From Candidatus Aenigmatarchaeota archaeon (lineage in GTDB: Archaea > Aenigmatarchaeota > Aenigmatarchaeia > CG10238-14 > SpSt-28): a stretch of 64,000 bases of DNA. How positions within the stretch are numbered: position 1 is the first letter of the stretch; the number at the start of each line of letters is the position of its first letter. The position numbers were made by a program, and so were the translations under genes. This document shows, one piece after another, positions 58,707 through 64,000 of this stretch. Below the pieces are notes generated by a model. It searched no databases. It was not told the origin of the DNA and saw only the letters and a list, made by a program, of their open reading frames with translations. Location: NCBI GenBank assembly GCA_038733315.1, contig JAVYPJ010000002.1, positions 64,001 through 128,000 of the forward strand, read 5' to 3'.

Positions 58707-59978
58707 ATGGAAAAAAAGGTTTATACAATAGAATTTTTCTTAGACGTTGCTTCACAATTCATAGTACCATTTGTAACTTTTTATGCAATTTATTTGGGTT
58801 TTTCTAACATTTTTATAGGCATCTTTAATGCAATGCTAAGTGTATCTTATGTATTAACTTTTTTTATATCTTTATTTTTAATAAATTCTCAAATAATAAA
58901 AAGAGTATTTTCTATTTCTTTATTAATTTGGGGTATTTCTTTTGTAATGCTTTATTATTCATTTTCAGAAACACTCTTTTTAATTTCAATTTTTTTAAGA
59001 ACAATTTCTAGTTCGATAATTTCTGCTTGCTATACTTGGCTTATCTCTAAGATTTTTAGAAAAAACACCTTTGAAAAAATTTCAAATTTATCTATAATTT
59101 ACACTTCTATAACTTTGTTCGCTACAATATTTTCTGGAATACTAATTAAAGAGTATGGATATTTTCAGTTTATTTTCTATATACCTTTAATTTTTTCTAT
59201 CTTTTCGATAATAGTTCTAGAAAAAATAAAAATAGTAGATAAGGATAAGAACTATAGCGTAAATAAAAATCCATTAGATTATATAAAAGGAAACATTTTA
59301 CAGAACTTTATTGACAAAAAATTAAAGAACTATGCTATATCTCTTTTTACATTTTATTTTTCTGTAGGAATTGCCTCTTCATTTTTTCCAGTTTTTCTAA
59401 AGAAGGTTTTGGGTTTATCTGAATTCGAATGGGCGTTAATTACTTGCGTTGAAATGATATCGTTTTTATTGTTTTTTTCAGCTATAAAGAATGTTAAAAA
59501 AACTTTTAGTATTTTAACTTTGTTTGGTGTTTCAACTTTTATAATTTCTTTAATACCTTTAGTTTGGATAGTAAGCAAAAATCTTATAGTTATAATTCTT
59601 TTCAGCTTTTTCTCTGGAATCGCATGGCAACTTTTTTCTATACTCCATTTAACTTACGTTTCTAAAAACTTTGGAATAATTAATAAAATAAGTTTTTTAA
59701 ATGTTTTTATAGGATTAGGTTTAATGCTTGGAAATTTGATTGGCGGAATTATTTCTGAAATAAATTTAGAATATGTTTTTTATATTTCTTTTGTCTTTAG
59801 ATTTTTTTCATCATATTTATTCACATCCTTTATAAGTAGAAGAACAATTTCTATTTCTGATATATACAAAAACGTCTTTATTTCACTAGATTTCTTTGCT
59901 TATTTACTAAAGGAATTTGCAATTCAGTTTAAATCCTTGGCCCCCTATAATCACAAAAAGGACACTCATAAATCTTAA
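58707..59978 (+). CDS. MFS transporter
   Basis: About 12 TM helices in two halves separated by a central loop. Confidence 0.8.
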   Translation: MEKKVYTIEFFLDVASQFIVPFVTFYAIYLGFSNIFIGIFNAMLSVSYVLTFFISLFLINSQIIKRVFSISLLIWGISFVMLYYSFSETLFLISIFLRTISSSIISACYTWLISKIFRKNTFEKISNLSIIYTSITLFATIFSGILIKEYGYFQFIFYIPLIFSIFSIIVLEKIKIVDKDKNYSVNKNPLDYIKGNILQNFIDKKLKNYAISLFTFYFSVGIASSFFPVFLKKVLGLSEFEWALITCVEMISFLLFFSAIKNVKKTFSILTLFGVSTFIISLIPLVWIVSKNLIVIILFSFFSGIAWQLFSILHLTYVSKNFGIINKISFLNVFIGLGLMLGNLIGGIISEINLEYVFYISFVFRFFSSYLFTSFISRRTISISDIYKNVFISLDFFAYLLKEFAIQFKSLAPYNHKKDTHKS

Positions 59979-60087
59979 TTACTACGCTAGATTTTTCATT
60001 TTGCGAAAATAGTTCGAACTTAACTCTTGCATTTTTACCACACTTTGGACATTTATCGAAAACTGGGATTTCATTAAGCAAAGCCAT
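59929..60087 (-). CDS. small Zn-ribbon protein
   Basis: CPKCG...YECPFCDY. Confidence 0.65.
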   Translation of the reverse strand: MALLNEIPVFDKCPKCGKNARVKFELFSQNEKSSVVIKIYECPFCDYRGPRI

Positions 60088-60112
60088 ATAAATATTAAGA
60101 TATAAAAAATTT

Positions 60113-61432
60113 ATGCTTAGCATAAGGTTGCTCAGATCTAATAAGGAATTAATAATAGAAAATTTGAAGAAGAGGAATCAAGAGGAACTAATTTCCTTAG
60201 TAGACGAATGTTTGAGATTAGATAATGAGTGGAGAAGAGTAATTAAAGAACTTAACGATTTAAGAAAAAAACTGAACGAATTAAGCAAAGAGTATGCAAA
60301 TAAAGGCGATGAAAAATTAATAGAAGAGGCTAATAGGATAAAAGATGAGATAGAAAAATTAGAAAAAATGCAAAATGAATTGATTAATAAAAGAGATGAA
60401 ATTCTTCAAAATTTACCAAATTTAATTCATGAAAGTGTTCCATATGGTAAGGATGAAAGAGATAACGTACCTATAAAATATTATGGAGTTCCAAAAGTTA
60501 AAAAAAGTAAAGAAAATGAATTTGAAGAGAATTTCCCAAACTTAAATTACACAATTTCTGAGCTTGAAATACCAATTCATGCAGATTTAATGGAAAATTA
60601 TAAATTAATAGATACATTAAGAGCTTCCAAGGTAAGCGGTTCTAGATTTTATTATTTAAAAAATCAAATAGTAATACTTAACTTATCCTTAATTAGATAC
60701 GGTATAGACTTTTTAATAGAGAAAGGTTTTACGATAATGCAAACACCATTCTTAGTTAGAGAATTTGTAATGAATGGAGCTACACAAAAAAAATTATATC
60801 AGGAAGATGCGTATAAAATAAGCGAAGAAGATTTGTGGCTAATTCCAACTAGTGAATTCTCTATTCTAGGCTATCATGCAAACGAGATATTAGAAGAAAA
60901 AGAATTACCTTTAAAATACGCCGGCTTAAGTAGTTGTTTCAGAAAAGAGGCTGGTTCGCATGGGAAAGATACTAAGGGTATTTTTAGGGTGCATCAATTC
61001 GAAAAGGTGGAGCAATTCATTTTTTGCAAGCCAGAAGAAAGTTGGGAAATGCATGAATATCTAATAAAAAATGTAGAGGAATTTTACCAATCCTTAGAAA
61101 TTCCTTATAGAATAGTTAATATTTGTAGCGGAGATTTAGGACCTATAGCCGCTAAAAAATATGATTTAGAGGCATGGTTTCCTGGTCAAAACAGTTTTAG
61201 AGAATTGGTTAGCTGCTCAAATTGTTTGGATTATCAAGCAAGAAGAGTTAATATAAGATTTAGAAGAAAGAATGGAGAAGTAGAATTTGTTCATACACTT
61301 AATTCAACATTAGTCGCTACAGAGAGAACTATATGCGCTATTTTCGAAAATTTCTTTGACGGAAAAGGAATAGAAATACCTAAAAAACTAGTAAAGTATA
61401 CAGGATTTGATTATATAAATCTTTGTGAATGA
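60113..61432 (+). CDS. serS: seryl-tRNA synthetase
   Basis: N-terminal coiled coil, LIPTSE, FRKEAG..GIFRVHQFEK, ELVSCSNC. Confidence 0.97.
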   Translation: MLSIRLLRSNKELIIENLKKRNQEELISLVDECLRLDNEWRRVIKELNDLRKKLNELSKEYANKGDEKLIEEANRIKDEIEKLEKMQNELINKRDEILQNLPNLIHESVPYGKDERDNVPIKYYGVPKVKKSKENEFEENFPNLNYTISELEIPIHADLMENYKLIDTLRASKVSGSRFYYLKNQIVILNLSLIRYGIDFLIEKGFTIMQTPFLVREFVMNGATQKKLYQEDAYKISEEDLWLIPTSEFSILGYHANEILEEKELPLKYAGLSSCFRKEAGSHGKDTKGIFRVHQFEKVEQFIFCKPEESWEMHEYLIKNVEEFYQSLEIPYRIVNICSGDLGPIAAKKYDLEAWFPGQNSFRELVSCSNCLDYQARRVNIRFRRKNGEVEFVHTLNSTLVATERTICAIFENFFDGKGIEIPKKLVKYTGFDYINLCE

Positions 61433-62052
61433 GAGCATTTATATTTGTTTCTCATGGATATACTACGTATAAAATTAAAGATTTTTATAAAGCCGGTAGA
61501 TTAGATATTGCAATCCATTCAATAATTCATGCTTTTTTTATTTCTAATGGACTAAGAAAAGATGTGGAGTTTAACTTGCTTTTATATGGTCGTCCAAAAC
61601 CGCCAATTAGAATTAAAATGGTTTCAAACATTAAAACTCCATGGAGCAAAAAAGATATAGAATCTCTAATAAAAATCTCTTTGTGGAAGTTTTATAAAAA
61701 AGGTGAAAAGCCTATAGAGAGTTTGAAGGGAGTTTATGTAGATAGAAGTGGCTTAAAAGAAACCTTAGAAGAATACAAGAATAAAGACTTTAAAATATTT
61801 TTGTTAGACATTAGCGGAAAGCCTATAGAAGATGTAGAGATTTGTAAAAATGCTGTGTTTGTTCTTGGAGATTTCTTAGGTTTAAAAAAGGAGCACTTTA
61901 AAATAGCAGAAATGTATAAAGACGATATAATTTCTCTCGGAAAAATTCCATACTTTTCTTCTCAATGTATTTTTCTTCTCAATTATTTTTATGACAAAAA
62001 ATTTGGGTGCGAATTTTGGGATACAAAAGATAGATTTAAAGCAAATATATGA
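61429..62052 (+). CDS. trmY: tRNA (pseudouridine54-N1)-methyltransferase (SPOUT)
   Basis: GRLDI, F.S.GLRKDV, FVLGD..G, ISLG. Confidence 0.85.
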   Translation: MRAFIFVSHGYTTYKIKDFYKAGRLDIAIHSIIHAFFISNGLRKDVEFNLLLYGRPKPPIRIKMVSNIKTPWSKKDIESLIKISLWKFYKKGEKPIESLKGVYVDRSGLKETLEEYKNKDFKIFLLDISGKPIEDVEICKNAVFVLGDFLGLKKEHFKIAEMYKDDIISLGKIPYFSSQCIFLLNYFYDKKFGCEFWDTKDRFKANI

Positions 62053-62057
62053 AAAAG

Positions 62058-62543
62058 TTATATGTTATAGAAGCTATACTCTTTACTCTCTAAATTTAGT
62101 ATGCAAAAGCTAGGCTTTCCAAAATAACCTAAAATTTCTCCGGGATTAATAGCTAGGGTTTTACTCGATTCAATAACTTCTTTCTTATGAGAATGGCCGA
62201 AAAATACAAAATCGTATTTATTCGTTAGCGTAACAGCTTTTCCTACAAAATCGAAGTGAGTAATGAAAATTTTTTTGTTGTTTATTTTAACTTCTCCAAA
62301 ATAATTAAAGTATTTAGCATTTTTTGGCATATGTTTTATTAGAGATAATTTATCACCATCGTTATTTCCAAAGACTACAAAAAGTTTATTTACTTCTAGA
62401 TTTTTAAAAAGCTCTATTGAAAATGGAGAGCATATGTCTCCACAAAAGAATGCATAATCTATCTTTATTTTGTTTAAGAGCCTTATCAGCTTTAATATAT
62501 TTTCAGTATTGTCATGAGTATCGCTAAAAATAGCAACTTTCAT
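62058..62543 (-). CDS. YfcE/MJ0936 metallophosphoesterase
   Basis: SDTHDN, CGD, GNND, GHSH, NPGE. Confidence 0.92.
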   Translation of the reverse strand: MKVAIFSDTHDNTENILKLIRLLNKIKIDYAFFCGDICSPFSIELFKNLEVNKLFVVFGNNDGDKLSLIKHMPKNAKYFNYFGEVKINNKKIFITHFDFVGKAVTLTNKYDFVFFGHSHKKEVIESSKTLAINPGEILGYFGKPSFCILNLESKEYSFYNI

Positions 62544-63061
62544 GAAGAAGAGACAACAATTTTATAGCCCTTTGGTAACTTAGATGCAGCAATTCTGAGA
62601 GCCTCTTTACCTAAGTTCAAAAATTCTTTTTTTATTCTTAAAAGAATTATAGTCTCGCCTTTAAATAATTGAACTGCCCTACCTATTGGCCTACCGAAAG
62701 CGTTTCTCATACCTTGACTATATCTGTCAGCTCCAGCACCCATAGCTATCGGATGCTCCCTTAATATATGATGTGGATATTTAAGGATTTTAAGATAATA
62801 GTTTAGAGGGCCTATTCTTTTTTCTAGGTATTTATTACACAGAATTCTAGCCGATTCTAATGCGTTATCTCTTACTTGCACATCTTCCTTAGCTATTAAT
62901 TTTAATTCTATGTAATCTGTTATACTTTTATTTCCTCTTTCAAATTCTCTAACTTTTGTTGGTGGTGCGCCAGCAATGTAGTTTTTGTTTTTAACTTTAT
63001 ACGAAATCCTAGTATATGGTCTTTCTATTCTTCTAAAACACCTTCCTGGTCTTAGTGCCAT
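62540..63061 (-). CDS. rpl10e: 50S ribosomal protein uL16 (L10e)
   Basis: LRPGRC, ALESAR, GAGADR.S.GMR.AFGRP. Confidence 0.97.
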   Translation of the reverse strand: MALRPGRCFRRIERPYTRISYKVKNKNYIAGAPPTKVREFERGNKSITDYIELKLIAKEDVQVRDNALESARILCNKYLEKRIGPLNYYLKILKYPHHILREHPIAMGAGADRYSQGMRNAFGRPIGRAVQLFKGETIILLRIKKEFLNLGKEALRIAASKLPKGYKIVVSSS

Positions 63062-63168
63062 AATTTATTAGAACTTATATAATTTATAGTTTTTTGAGTT
63101 TTGGGCATAAACTCTCAATATTATATAAGAGTAAAAGTGATATATATTTTTTAAAACAATATTTTTTC

Positions 63169-63345
63169 ATGGCAGAGAAAAGATCTCTTGTGGTAAGAAG
63201 TGCAGTAAGAGAGGTTGTAAAGGACATGAGAATAAGCGATAGTTTTTTTGAAGCCTTAGATAAAGAGGTAGAGAGTTTAATAAAAAAAGCAATGCAAAGA
63301 GCAAAAGCTAATGGAAGATCAACATTAAGAGATAGCGATGTTTAA
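63169..63345 (+). CDS. single histone-fold protein (DUF1931-like)
   Basis: LVVRSAVREVV..MRIS..F.EAL...A..RAKANGRSTLRDSD. Confidence 0.85.
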   Translation: MAEKRSLVVRSAVREVVKDMRISDSFFEALDKEVESLIKKAMQRAKANGRSTLRDSDV

Positions 63346-64000
63346 ATCCCAAACAATTTATCTATAAAACTCTTCCTTTCCTCTTCTTTTCCATATTTTT
63401 CCCAAAAATCTTTTATTTTTTCTTTTAATTTAATTTTTTCGATTTCGTCCTTTGTATTAGGAACGTTTGCAGAATTTCCTACTCCTACTATTATAGCTTT
63501 TTTATTAACATCTTCTAAACTTTCTTTTATTTTTTCTATAACGTTATTCACATTGTTAAGTATTTTTGGATTCATTATTTGAATGGCTTCTTCTGGGCTC
63601 ATCTTTACTAGTATTGCATCGAGTTTTATATCTTTTTTTGCTGCAACTTCCTCGATGTTAAATTTTTCTACACCAATTCCACCTATAGCAACTCCAACAC
63701 CATCTGATACGCTTCCTGATTCTTCTTCTTCTAACTTAGAAGCGGCGTCTATGGTAATAATCTTTTCAACGTTTTTTTCTTTTTTTAGCAACTCATTCAA
63801 GACTTTGTGAATTTTTCCTAATCTACCGCCAGGTCCCTTAGCTCTAACTAAAATAACGTCTTTACCGAAGAGTCTTTTTTTTACAACAATACATTCATAA
63901 ACTTCATTAATTTTATCCCCTCTTTCTATAAGATTAGAAATAACTAGTGGTCCTATGCCATCCCCTATAGGCAAGTTGTTTAATATAGTTTCAAAACCTT
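63342..64000 (-). CDS. DUF1512 family protein (5' partial)
   Basis: PIGDGIGPLV, KGPGG, IDAA.KLE.E.SG, GVAIGG.G.EK, GVGN. Confidence 0.8.
   Translation of the reverse strand, partial: GFETILNNLPIGDGIGPLVISNLIERGDKINEVYECIVVKKRLFGKDVILVRAKGPGGRLGKIHKVLNELLKKEKNVEKIITIDAASKLEEEESGSVSDGVGVAIGGIGVEKFNIEEVAAKKDIKLDAILVKMSPEEAIQIMNPKILNNVNNVIEKIKESLEDVNKKAIIVGVGNSANVPNTKDEIEKIKLKEKIKDFWEKYGKEEERKSFIDKLFGI

Overview
AT-rich, gene-dense archaeal chromosome segment, very likely from a DPANN archaeon (fused PriS-PriL primase, tRNA-Ile(UAU), FtsZ/SepF, Orc1/Cdc6, short genes with tiny intergenic gaps). It is mostly housekeeping: rps19e, uL30, uL16, aIF5B, ArgRS, SerRS, two head-to-head TyrRS, thermosome, prefoldin, Smc-ScpA, Mre11-Rad50, endonuclease IV, TrmY, TtuA-like, Pcc1, a histone-fold protein and seven tRNAs (three with introns). 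Features that stand out: (i) a ~1.1 kb non-coding locus (6.2-7.35 kb) with two families of non-canonical repeats, an AT-rich core and phased A-tracts, next to three HTH genes, one encoding an amphipathic helix-coiled coil-wHTH protein (candidate origin or centromere-like membrane-tether system); (ii) a 9 kb type IV pilus-like locus with about 14 pilin-like genes, atypical signal peptides and a 986-aa cysteine-rich giant pilin-like protein; (iii) a pilin carrying a DUF2341+RCC1 cassette bounded by in-frame 24-bp direct repeats; (iv) a tetraether synthase (Tes)-like radical SAM enzyme; (v) a half-length SMC; (vi) a YdcF gene interrupted by a clean 31-nt insert. No CRISPR array, rRNA, transposase or integrase was seen. 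All calls come from motif recognition by eye; no database searches were run.
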